In this document: piece by piece, positions 53,636 to 61,748 of the stretch
Layout: each line of letters begins with the position of its first letter
Numbering within the stretch: position 1 is the stretch's first letter
Assembly: GCA_047628755.1 (NCBI GenBank)
Contig: JBLHVV010000001.1
Span: 24,178 to 88,177, forward strand
Source: Crocinitomicaceae bacterium
GTDB taxonomy: Bacteria; Pseudomonadota; Gammaproteobacteria; Pseudomonadales; Oceanobacteraceae
DNA length: 64,000 nt
Reading direction: 5' to 3'
Notes under the pieces: model-generated
The model's input: the letters and a program-made list of their open reading frames with translations, nothing else
Database searches by the model: none
What the model was told of the DNA's origin: nothing
Program-made: the position numbers and the translations under genes

Positions 53636-56038
53636 ATGTCTTGGCTACCCACTCTTCATCTTAGAACCAAACTTGTAGGCAGCATTGTACTAACCAGTAT
53701 AATTGCAGTCGTTGCCACTAGCTTTGCATTTGTTCAGTACGACCGTCATCAAGAAATTACCACTGTCTCTGAAGATATGAGAATGCTTGCGAGTATTATT
53801 GCAAATCGATCTACAGCGGCCCTTATTTTTGGCGATGCCCGCCAGGCTGAATCCAACTTAAAGGCCTTGGGCGAAAATCCAAACGTCGTTATGGCTTGCA
53901 TTTATGACAGTGGAAATGATGTGTTTTCGTATCATCACTTTACTCACCTCGATCAAAAGCCTTGTCCGAAAACCCCACTTCAATCTGCTTTATCCATTGG
54001 TGAAACCATTGAAATATATGAGCCAATTGAGCTGGATAATTTATTGATTGGTACTCTATACATGAGTATGAGTTTAGATTGGCTATCGGAACGCTGGCGC
54101 GACCAGCTTACTTACATATCTTTTGTGGTATTCATGGTGTTAATTGCAGCCATACTACTAGCAAAATATTTACAAATGTTATTGGTTCGCCCAATTCAAC
54201 AGATAGCCACAACCGCACGTAATATTACTGAGAATAAAGATTATAGTTTACGGGCGAAGGGTGGTGTTAAAGATGAAATTGGCGACATGGCTGATGTATT
54301 TAATACCATGCTCAGTAAGATAGAAGAAGAAACAGAGAGCCTATATTCCAGTGAAGAAAAATTCAGACAGTTGTCAACGATGGCACCCGTTGGAATATTT
54401 CAATTAAATCTAGATAATGAAATTACCTATGTGAATAATCGCTGGGTTGAAATTACAGGAATAGATCAGTCAATGGTTAATCTTGAACATTGGTTGGGAC
54501 GAATACGCTTAGAGGATCGTCGTCGGGCACTGAAAGCTTGGTCTGGTCTTGCACAAAGCCATCAAAGCTTTGTAGTCGAAGTGGGTTTTGAAAAGGAAGG
54601 CGATACGATCACTTGGACTATTATAGAAGCCAGTGTGTTGCATGATAGCAAAGGCATTATATATGGCTACATGGGTGCTATTAGTGACATAACGGATTTA
54701 AAAAATGCGCAATTACAAATGGAAAATCTTGCGTTTTATGATCCACTCACCGGACTTTCTAACCGAAGGTTGTTTAAAGATCGGCTAAATAAAGCTGTTT
54801 CTGAAAGTAAGCGCCGTGGTAGCTTTATTGCTCTGTTATTTTTAGATCTAGATCAATTTAAACGAATAAATGACTCCCTAGGCCATGATGCGGGTGATCA
54901 GTTACTAGTGGAAGTGGCTCGCAGGTTAAAAGGTTGCATAAGAGAGAGTGATACGGTGTCACGTATCGGTGGTGATGAATTTACAGTACTACTAACCGAT
55001 ATAGACTCTAGTCACGGCGTGCATCACATTGCAGAAAAGATTCTACAATCTTTAAGAATGCCAGTGCAGTTGAATAATCAAGAGGTTATTAATACCGTTA
55101 GCATCGGTATTACTTTAGCGCCGAATGATGGCGATGATGACATGACATTAATGCGCAATGCCGATTTGGCAATGTATCAAGCAAAAGCAAAAGGGCGTAA
55201 CAATTTTCAATTTTTCTCGGAAGAAATGAATGAGGAGATGATGGGGTACTTGAAAATTGAAAAAGATCTGCGCAATTCGATTGAAGCGGATAATGATTTT
55301 ATCATATATTACCAGCCCAAAATCGATTTGATTAATGATTCCTTTGTAGGTGTTGAAGCGTTAATACGATGGACACCCAATGGTGGCGATATGATCAGCC
55401 CAGATCGTTTCATTCCCATTGCAGAAGAAAGCGGTTTAATTGTTCCCATTGGTAAATTTGTATTGCGTCGAGCATGCACTCAAATTAGAGCACTTATGGA
55501 TTCAGGTATATGGCCACAAGGTGCAAAGGTTGCTGTTAACTTATCTGCAAGACAGTTCAGTGATCCAGGCTTGATTGATGATTTAAAACAGACACTAGAA
55601 ATTACTCAGTGCCCTGTGTCTATTTTAGAATTAGAAATTACAGAAAGTACATTAATGGATAATGTAGAGAGCGCCATTTTAACCATGCGTCAGATTAAAG
55701 AAATGGGAGTTTCAATTGCGATTGATGACTTTGGAACTGGCTATTCATCACTCAGCTACCTCAAGCGTTTCCCTATTGATATTTTAAAAGTTGACCGTAG
55801 CTTTGTAATGGATATTCCAAGTGATTTAAACGATATGGCAATTACTGCAGCGGTGATTGCAATGGCGCATAAATTAAACTTACGAGTAGTTGCAGAAGGT
55901 ATAGAAACAAAAGAACAATTAGATTTCTTACGCTCTAACCGTTGCGAGTATGGGCAAGGGTATTTAATTGCTCGTCCTATGCCATGTGAAGATTTAGAGA
56001 ATTATATTCAATTACCGCAAACTTTTGATTTAAATTAG
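53636..56038 (+). CDS. Membrane diguanylate cyclase/phosphodiesterase (periplasmic sensor-HAMP-PAS-GGDEF-EAL)
   Basis: 2 TM flanking a YfiN-like periplasmic domain, HAMP (DEIG), PAS, RESD I-site plus GGDEF, EAL and DDFGTGYSS. Confidence 0.92.
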   Translation: MSWLPTLHLRTKLVGSIVLTSIIAVVATSFAFVQYDRHQEITTVSEDMRMLASIIANRSTAALIFGDARQAESNLKALGENPNVVMACIYDSGNDVFSYHHFTHLDQKPCPKTPLQSALSIGETIEIYEPIELDNLLIGTLYMSMSLDWLSERWRDQLTYISFVVFMVLIAAILLAKYLQMLLVRPIQQIATTARNITENKDYSLRAKGGVKDEIGDMADVFNTMLSKIEEETESLYSSEEKFRQLSTMAPVGIFQLNLDNEITYVNNRWVEITGIDQSMVNLEHWLGRIRLEDRRRALKAWSGLAQSHQSFVVEVGFEKEGDTITWTIIEASVLHDSKGIIYGYMGAISDITDLKNAQLQMENLAFYDPLTGLSNRRLFKDRLNKAVSESKRRGSFIALLFLDLDQFKRINDSLGHDAGDQLLVEVARRLKGCIRESDTVSRIGGDEFTVLLTDIDSSHGVHHIAEKILQSLRMPVQLNNQEVINTVSIGITLAPNDGDDDMTLMRNADLAMYQAKAKGRNNFQFFSEEMNEEMMGYLKIEKDLRNSIEADNDFIIYYQPKIDLINDSFVGVEALIRWTPNGGDMISPDRFIPIAEESGLIVPIGKFVLRRACTQIRALMDSGIWPQGAKVAVNLSARQFSDPGLIDDLKQTLEITQCPVSILELEITESTLMDNVESAILTMRQIKEMGVSIAIDDFGTGYSSLSYLKRFPIDILKVDRSFVMDIPSDLNDMAITAAVIAMAHKLNLRVVAEGIETKEQLDFLRSNRCEYGQGYLIARPMPCEDLENYIQLPQTFDLN

Positions 56039-56161
56039 GTTCAACTTGATGTGCGAATCTAATTTTTAAAAATGACCTTTACTCATTATTTTTTGCTTAC
56101 ATCTAGTTATCGCTTAAGGTAGTCTCTGGTTTTATATTTTTGCCATTTTAGTTGTTAATTC

Positions 56162-57199
56162 ATGAGCGATTCTTTATTTAGCCAAGCCGTTTTAAATTGG
56201 TTTGATGACCACGGGCGTCATGATTTACCTTGGCAAAAAAACAAAACCCCTTACAGAGTATGGGTTTCTGAAATCATGCTGCAGCAAACTCAAGTGATCA
56301 CCGTTATCGGTTATTATCAGCGGTTTATGGAAAGATTCCCAGATGTAAAAACCTTAGCCGCCGCTTCCTCTGATGAAGTGCTTCACCATTGGACTGGACT
56401 TGGCTACTACGCCAGAGCCAGGAATTTGCATAAATGTGCACAAACAGTCGTAACCGAATTTAATGGTAAATTTCCAGCGGACTTAGACGCATTAGAAAAT
56501 TTGTCAGGAATAGGCCGTTCTACTGCAGGGGCTATTGCCAGTATAAGTATGGGAATGAGTGCCAGCATCTTAGACGGTAATGTAAAGCGTGTATTAAGCC
56601 GTTTTCATGCTGTAGAAGGCTGGCCAGGTAACAAAAAAGTAGCGGATCAAATGTGGGAAATTGCTGAGCGTTATACTCCGCAAAAAAGAACAGGAGACTA
56701 CACTCAGGCCATGATGGACTTAGGCGCTACTCTTTGCTCTAGAAGCAAGCCCCAGTGCCAAGTTTGCCCGCTAATGAGCCAATGTGAAGCTTACGAGCTA
56801 GGCAATGTTAAAGCATTCCCAAACAGCAAGCCTAAAAAAGTAAAACCGATTAAATCAATTCAGATGCTAATGATAGAACATGGTCGACAAGTTCTACTGT
56901 TACAGCAACCAGATACCGGTATTTGGGGAGGGCTATGGATTTTTCCTCAACAACCGGTAGAGCAAAGTTATTTAGAGAATGAGTGGTTACAAGGCACAAA
57001 GTTTAAAGGGGTAACTGCTGGCGATGTGTTCAGGCACACTTTCAGCCATTATCACTTAGACATTCATCCTATTCGTATTCAGCTAAATACCAAGCCAGCT
57101 AATATAGGTGAGCGCGCCTCACTTTGGTATGATCTAGAAACCCCAGCCAGCGTTGGCTTGGCTGCACCCGTAAAAAAATTGTTGGAGTCTTTAACATGA
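56162..57199 (+). CDS. mutY: A/G-specific adenine glycosylase
   Basis: [31 protein letters not shown], 4Fe-4S CX6CX2CX5C. Confidence 0.97.
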   Translation: MSDSLFSQAVLNWFDDHGRHDLPWQKNKTPYRVWVSEIMLQQTQVITVIGYYQRFMERFPDVKTLAAASSDEVLHHWTGLGYYARARNLHKCAQTVVTEFNGKFPADLDALENLSGIGRSTAGAIASISMGMSASILDGNVKRVLSRFHAVEGWPGNKKVADQMWEIAERYTPQKRTGDYTQAMMDLGATLCSRSKPQCQVCPLMSQCEAYELGNVKAFPNSKPKKVKPIKSIQMLMIEHGRQVLLLQQPDTGIWGGLWIFPQQPVEQSYLENEWLQGTKFKGVTAGDVFRHTFSHYHLDIHPIRIQLNTKPANIGERASLWYDLETPASVGLAAPVKKLLESLT

Positions 57200-57468
57200 G
57201 TCGTACTGTAAACTGTCGCCGCTATCAACAAGAGCTACCCGGCTTGATAAAACCCCCTTTTCCTGGAGCAATGGGACAAGACGTATACGATAATATAAGT
57301 CAAAAAGCATGGCTAGAATGGATGGAGCACCAAACCCGCATTATCAACGAACAGCATTTGAACATGATGGATCTCACTAGCCGCAAATATCTACAGGGGC
57401 AAATGGTCAAGTTTTTTGCTGGTGAAGAGGTTGATCAGGCTGATGGCTACGTAGCGCCAAGTGAGTAG
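57196..57468 (+). CDS. yggX: Oxidative damage protection / Fe-trafficking protein
   Basis: [25 protein letters not shown]; overlaps mutY stop. Confidence 0.93.
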   Translation: MSRTVNCRRYQQELPGLIKPPFPGAMGQDVYDNISQKAWLEWMEHQTRIINEQHLNMMDLTSRKYLQGQMVKFFAGEEVDQADGYVAPSE

Positions 57469-57544
57469 CCCAGTAAAGCCAACATGTGCTGCGAAATCTA
57501 ATATTAAGTGGCTGATAACTAACGCAATTTAATTTGTTTGACGC

Positions 57545-57573
57545 TTGACACTTGTGTCGATTGAAGGTTTAAT
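57545..57573 (+). promoter_or_regulatory. Sigma70 promoter of tRNA-Phe
   Basis: TTGACA-N17-TTTAAT followed by GC-rich discriminator accgcacc. Confidence 0.75.
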
Positions 57574-57610
57574 ACCGCACCTCAACGGGGTCACAAGCCT
57601 TTTGTTGAAT

Positions 57611-57686
57611 GCCCAGATAGCTCAGTTGGTAGAGCAGAGGATTGAAAATCCTCGTGTCCGTGGTTCGATTCCGCGTCTGGGCACCA
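57611..57686 (+). tRNA. tRNA-Phe (GAA)
   Basis: 76 nt GCCCAGA...TTGAAAA anticodon loop...GGTTCGATTCC...TCTGGGC-ACCA cloverleaf. Confidence 0.98.
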
Positions 57687-57702
57687 TCTAATTTCATAAA
57701 AT

Positions 57703-57729
57703 AGCCTCAGCTTAGTCTGGGGCTTTTTT
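57703..57729 (+). terminator. Intrinsic terminator after tRNA-Phe
   Basis: AGCCTCAG-cttagt-CTGGGGCT followed by T tract. Confidence 0.85.
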
Positions 57730-58014
57730 ATGCCTGTCATATAAGGAATTGGGTTGGAGCTTGCTTGCAAGCGAATGCAGATATCATAAATTTTGATAGC
57801 TTCATTGCTCTAGGTTAAGTGTTGTCAGTAAAGCCTGAGTTGAATACTCAGAAAAATCTCCAGCAAGCAGCCTTCCACAGTTCAAAGGCAGCCTTAATTC
57901 CCCATCAAATTCTTAAACCAACTTCATTAGTTTAGTATTTTGCTTTTCCAATTAAACGTTGGCATAAAGAAGATGCGAATTAAAATACCGAGTCGAAATT
58001 TGAAAAGTAACATG

Positions 58015-58872
58015 TTAAAAAGATCGGGCCGCACGCACATAATAATATGCGGCGCCCTTGCCGGCGCCTGCTAGGGCGCCATCACTGAAGTCCCGCGCCA
58101 ACGCGGTGGTGCTATTGCTCTCCGTCGAACTCCAGTAGTTGGCATAATTAACAAAACCACCCAGATTGTTTAGATCACTAGCACCTGTATTAGCTCCGTC
58201 GCCATCGGAATCCGCTAAATTGACCCACATCAGGTTTAGTTCATCTATTGATGGCAAATACCAACCACCTACGGTATCCAACCGATAGTCTGCCGCGATT
58301 CGAGCCGCGGTATCTATTCCGCATTGTATATTTATAGCGAGTGTATTGGCCTCGCCTGTGCCTACTGCGGCTTCTGTGCCAGCCACAGTAGTGCTGGCAC
58401 AGCCCCAACCAGAATTTCCTCCAGCTGATTGATCAGCAGGCGCTGCTTCCAGGCCATGTTCCCCAGAGCCCTCGATATAAAATACGATACCTCCAGCTGG
58501 ACCGGTATCGCCAATTAGGTAAGTTGTAATATTTCTTTCCCAAGTAAAGGTACCATTCATCGAATCATAGGCTAAGCGATAATTACCGCTATTATCAGCA
58601 GGTAAGACAGGTAAGGCATCTGCGCCATCTGCGCCATCTACACCATCTGCGCCATCTACACCATTTGCGCCATCTGCACCGGCTGGTCCTGGAGTTAAAA
58701 CTATTTCACTAATCCGCGTATCGTTATCGTTCACTGCGTCCCTAATTGTTTCAAACGTTGCCGCCGTCAAGGTATCCCCGGAATTATAGGTATCAGTGAT
58801 TTCCGCCGTATAACCGGTTTGTGCAATTGCCGTCAATCCAATGATCGAGACCATTTTGATCAAATTAGTCAT
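58015..58872 (-). CDS. Secreted collagen-like repeat protein with C-terminal DUF1566 (Lcl-like) domain
   Basis: Signal peptide; 8 Gly-X-Y triplets (GPAGADGANGVDGADGVDGADGAD); YLIGDTGPAGGIVFY..HGLEAAP, WYLPSIDEL, YWSSTE, VRAARSF. Confidence 0.8.
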   Translation of the reverse strand: MTNLIKMVSIIGLTAIAQTGYTAEITDTYNSGDTLTAATFETIRDAVNDNDTRISEIVLTPGPAGADGANGVDGADGVDGADGADALPVLPADNSGNYRLAYDSMNGTFTWERNITTYLIGDTGPAGGIVFYIEGSGEHGLEAAPADQSAGGNSGWGCASTTVAGTEAAVGTGEANTLAINIQCGIDTAARIAADYRLDTVGGWYLPSIDELNLMWVNLADSDGDGANTGASDLNNLGGFVNYANYWSSTESNSTTALARDFSDGALAGAGKGAAYYYVRAARSF

Positions 58873-58913
58873 GTATTTATCCGTGATTTATTTATCAGAG
58901 TTTGCATAGGGCT

Positions 58914-59069
58914 TTATAGTTTGCAGCCACCAAAGGTCGATGTGCCAATCATGCAATCAGAAGTGTTTGCTCCTACAGCACCGGCATCGCTTTCACTGCC
59001 TGAGCCGCAACCTGCTAGCGTCAGTAATAGTCCACAAGCCAGTAAAAATTGTTTTTTGAATCCATACAT
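58914..59069 (-). CDS. Small (51 aa) lipoprotein not in ORF track
   Basis: MYGFKKQFLLACGLLLTLAG|CGSGSESDAGAVGANTSDCMIGTSTFGGCKL*; canonical LAGC lipobox; ends 41 nt before the collagen-like gene. Confidence 0.75.
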   Translation of the reverse strand: MYGFKKQFLLACGLLLTLAGCGSGSESDAGAVGANTSDCMIGTSTFGGCKL

Positions 59070-59423
59070 AAATACACCAACATTTTAGATTTACTATTTT
59101 CTAGCGTGATTAGCCGCCCTAATCGACTTTTAAAAAAGCTATCCAAGCAAAATTTTTAAAAGCATAAAATGGAGAAGCGCCAGTAGGTGTTAATATCATC
59201 TAAACCAATTTTTAGTGTAGTCAAAAAATAATGCTTTGCAGGATTTCAATTTTAAACGCTCAATCGAGCTATCCAAAGTACGAAACTATTATAAAATAAG
59301 CGTGCAGGAAGGGATTGAGAGTCATGAGCGCAGCAAGCCCTTAAAGATGAAAAAGTTATTAGGCAGCGGTGCTCAAGTCAGCAATTAAGGGGACTCAATA
59401 TCCCTGAGAATTTAATTAGGTAT

Positions 59424-59625
59424 AAGTAGAATGGATACCCGCTTTCGCGGGTAAGACAAGTTAAAGTAGAATGGATACCCGCTTTCGCGGGTAGGACAAA
59501 TTAAAGTAGAATGGATACCCGCTTTCGCGGGTAAGACAAGTTAAAGTAGAATGGATACCCGCTTTCGCGGGTAAGACAAATTAAAGTGGAATGGATATCC
59601 GCTTTCGCGGGTAAGACAAGTTAAA
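59424..59625. repeat. Tandem array of five 40-bp units, each with a REP/dRS3-like hairpin
   Basis: Unit aagtagaatggaTACCCGC-tttc-GCGGGTAagacaa(g/a)tta x5; no unique spacers. Confidence 0.97.
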
Positions 59626-59637
59626 AAAGTCCTGTTT

Positions 59638-61656
59638 TTAATTGCCCATCAAATTCTTCAGCCCTGCCAATGCCGATTCACCACGAGCTTTCTTTTGCTC
59701 TGGTGGGCTGTCGCCAAAGCCTTCTCTTTCAATGTCGTCTTTCGGCAGTTCATCTAAAAAGCGGCTGGGGGTTGGCTCGAAGCTTTCACCGTAAGAGCGA
59801 CGTTTTGATGTAAGTGTCAGTGTTAGATTTTTTTTAGCCCGTGTAATGCCAACATACATTAGGCGGCGCTCTTCATCTACGGTCTCGGCTTCTATGCTGT
59901 TTCTGTGGGGCAGTATTTCTTCTTCTAAGCCCATTATCCAAACGTAAGGAAATTCTAAGCCTTTAGACGCATGTAAGGTCATTAACTGTACTTGGTCCAA
60001 TTCGTCATCTTCTTCCTTTTGTTCTAGCATATCCCGTAATATTAATTTGCTAACGGCTTCTTCGATTCCCATTTCGTCGTCGTTTTCGTCAGCTTTGTCT
60101 AACATGCGCTGAATATTATCAATTAAAAACCATACGTTTTTCATACGTGCTTCAGCTTGATTAGGGGTGTTACTGGTTTCTTGCAGCCAAGCTTCATAAT
60201 CCAGATCGTGAATCATTTCTTTTATAGATTGCACAGGGTCTTCGGTGTAGCAACGTTTGGTGGTATTGCTTATCCAGTTGCCAAAGCGCTTTAATTTGTC
60301 TGAAGCTAGTGGCGTTAGCATTTGCTCTAACCCCATTTCAGTGGTGGCAGTCATTAGGCTGATGTGACGATTGCCCGCATATTCGGTTACTTTCTCTAAT
60401 GTCGACGGGCCAATCTGTCGACGCGGAATGTTAACTACACGTAAAAAAGCGGAATCGTCAGTAGGATTCACAATGAGTTTCAGGTAACCCATAATGTCTT
60501 TGATTTCACTCTTTGCAAAAAATGACTGGCTGCCACTTAACTTGTATGGAATTTGAAATTGTTGCATTTTCATTTCAATTAAGCGTGATTGATGATTGCC
60601 ACGAAACAATACAGCGTAATCACTGTACTTAGTATTGTGGCGCAAGCGGTGCTCAATAATTTCGGTGGAAATGCGCTCCGATTCGTTATCTTCGCCTTTA
60701 CAGCGCACAATACGAATAGCATCACCGTAGCCTTTATCAGACCATAGCTTTTTAACAAAATCGTGCTCGTTATTTGCAATAACTTTGTTTGCGGCGTTGA
60801 GTATCAAGCCGGTTGAACGATAATTTTGCTCAAGCATCACCACTTTTAAAGTAGGAAAATCGGTTTTTAGCAGATTCAGGTTCTCTGGCCTTGCCCCACG
60901 CCATGCATAAATGGATTGATCATCGTCCCCAACTACAGTGAATTTACCATGCATGCCCACCAATATTTTTACTAATTCGTATTGACTGGTATTGGTATCT
61001 TGATACTCGTCTACTAATAAATACCGGGTATTTTTCTGCCATTTGGTGCGCACGGCTTCATTGTTTTTAAACAGCATAGTGGGTATGCGAATAAGGTCGT
61101 CAAAGTCTACTGCGTTGTAGGCTTTTAGTGAGCGGTCGTATGCGGCAAAGGTGGTGGCTACCAATACTTCTTGCGGGCTTTTTGCTAGCGCAATGGCTTG
61201 TTCAGGTTCAATTAGATCGTTTTTTAGTTTGCCTATTTCAGATCGAATCATATCAACCATATCGTTGTCGTCGGCACCGTGCTCTCGGTGCATAATATCT
61301 TTTAGTAAAGACTTAGTATCGCTATCATCAAAAATTGAAAACCCAGAGCGCAGTCCAAGATGCTTGGACTCTTTTCGAATGATGTTTAAACCAAGGTTGT
61401 GGAAGGTAGACACTGTTAGACCTGAAGCCGCTTTACCGTGTACCAGCTTACTAACACGCTCTTTCATCTCTTTGGCGGCCTTATTCGTAAAGGTCAGTGC
61501 CGTAATGTTTCGAGCAGGAATGCCGCATTGTTGAATTAAATACGCCATTTTAGTGGTGATTACGCTGGTTTTACCCGACCCAGCTCCGGCCAATACTAAT
61601 AAGGGGCCGTCTATGTGCAATACCGATTCTTTTTGGCGGGGATTTAAGTGATTCAC
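59638..61656 (-). CDS. rep: ATP-dependent DNA helicase Rep
   Basis: LAGAGSGKT, TFTNKAAKEM, VDEYQDTN.SQY, MTLHASKGLEF, EERRLMYVGITRA; lacks UvrD C-terminal domain. Confidence 0.95.
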   Translation of the reverse strand: MNHLNPRQKESVLHIDGPLLVLAGAGSGKTSVITTKMAYLIQQCGIPARNITALTFTNKAAKEMKERVSKLVHGKAASGLTVSTFHNLGLNIIRKESKHLGLRSGFSIFDDSDTKSLLKDIMHREHGADDNDMVDMIRSEIGKLKNDLIEPEQAIALAKSPQEVLVATTFAAYDRSLKAYNAVDFDDLIRIPTMLFKNNEAVRTKWQKNTRYLLVDEYQDTNTSQYELVKILVGMHGKFTVVGDDDQSIYAWRGARPENLNLLKTDFPTLKVVMLEQNYRSTGLILNAANKVIANNEHDFVKKLWSDKGYGDAIRIVRCKGEDNESERISTEIIEHRLRHNTKYSDYAVLFRGNHQSRLIEMKMQQFQIPYKLSGSQSFFAKSEIKDIMGYLKLIVNPTDDSAFLRVVNIPRRQIGPSTLEKVTEYAGNRHISLMTATTEMGLEQMLTPLASDKLKRFGNWISNTTKRCYTEDPVQSIKEMIHDLDYEAWLQETSNTPNQAEARMKNVWFLIDNIQRMLDKADENDDEMGIEEAVSKLILRDMLEQKEEDDELDQVQLMTLHASKGLEFPYVWIMGLEEEILPHRNSIEAETVDEERRLMYVGITRAKKNLTLTLTSKRRSYGESFEPTPSRFLDELPKDDIEREGFGDSPPEQKKARGESALAGLKNLMGN

Positions 61657-61748
61657 AGCGCTAACTTGTAGAGAAAAATAGGTTGCCAGATTAACAAAAT
61701 TCGGTGGTTTTGATTAGGCCTATTTTGTATCTGAGTAAAGAAATACGA

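Noticed and set aside
58015-58200. Diversity-generating retroelement target (DUF1566/C-type-lectin-like C-terminus)
   Set aside because: No template repeat, reverse transcriptase or avd gene seen in the window; trans-targeting cannot be excluded without the whole genome
58819-59088. 89-aa plus-strand ORF in the track
   Set aside because: It is the antisense shadow of the minus-strand lipoprotein, which has a clear lipobox and operon context
59070-59423. Riboswitch (c-di-GMP) or ops element upstream of the lipoprotein
   Set aside because: Only a small hairpin (gattag-ccgcc-ctaatc) and a 10-bp direct repeat (agctatccaa); consensus motifs are not matched
59424-59625. CRISPR array
   Set aside because: Units are contiguous and near-identical with no unique spacers, and there are no cas genes in the window
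57687-59637. Integrative element or prophage at tRNA-Phe
   Set aside because: No integrase, and no duplicated tRNA 3' end (attR) found
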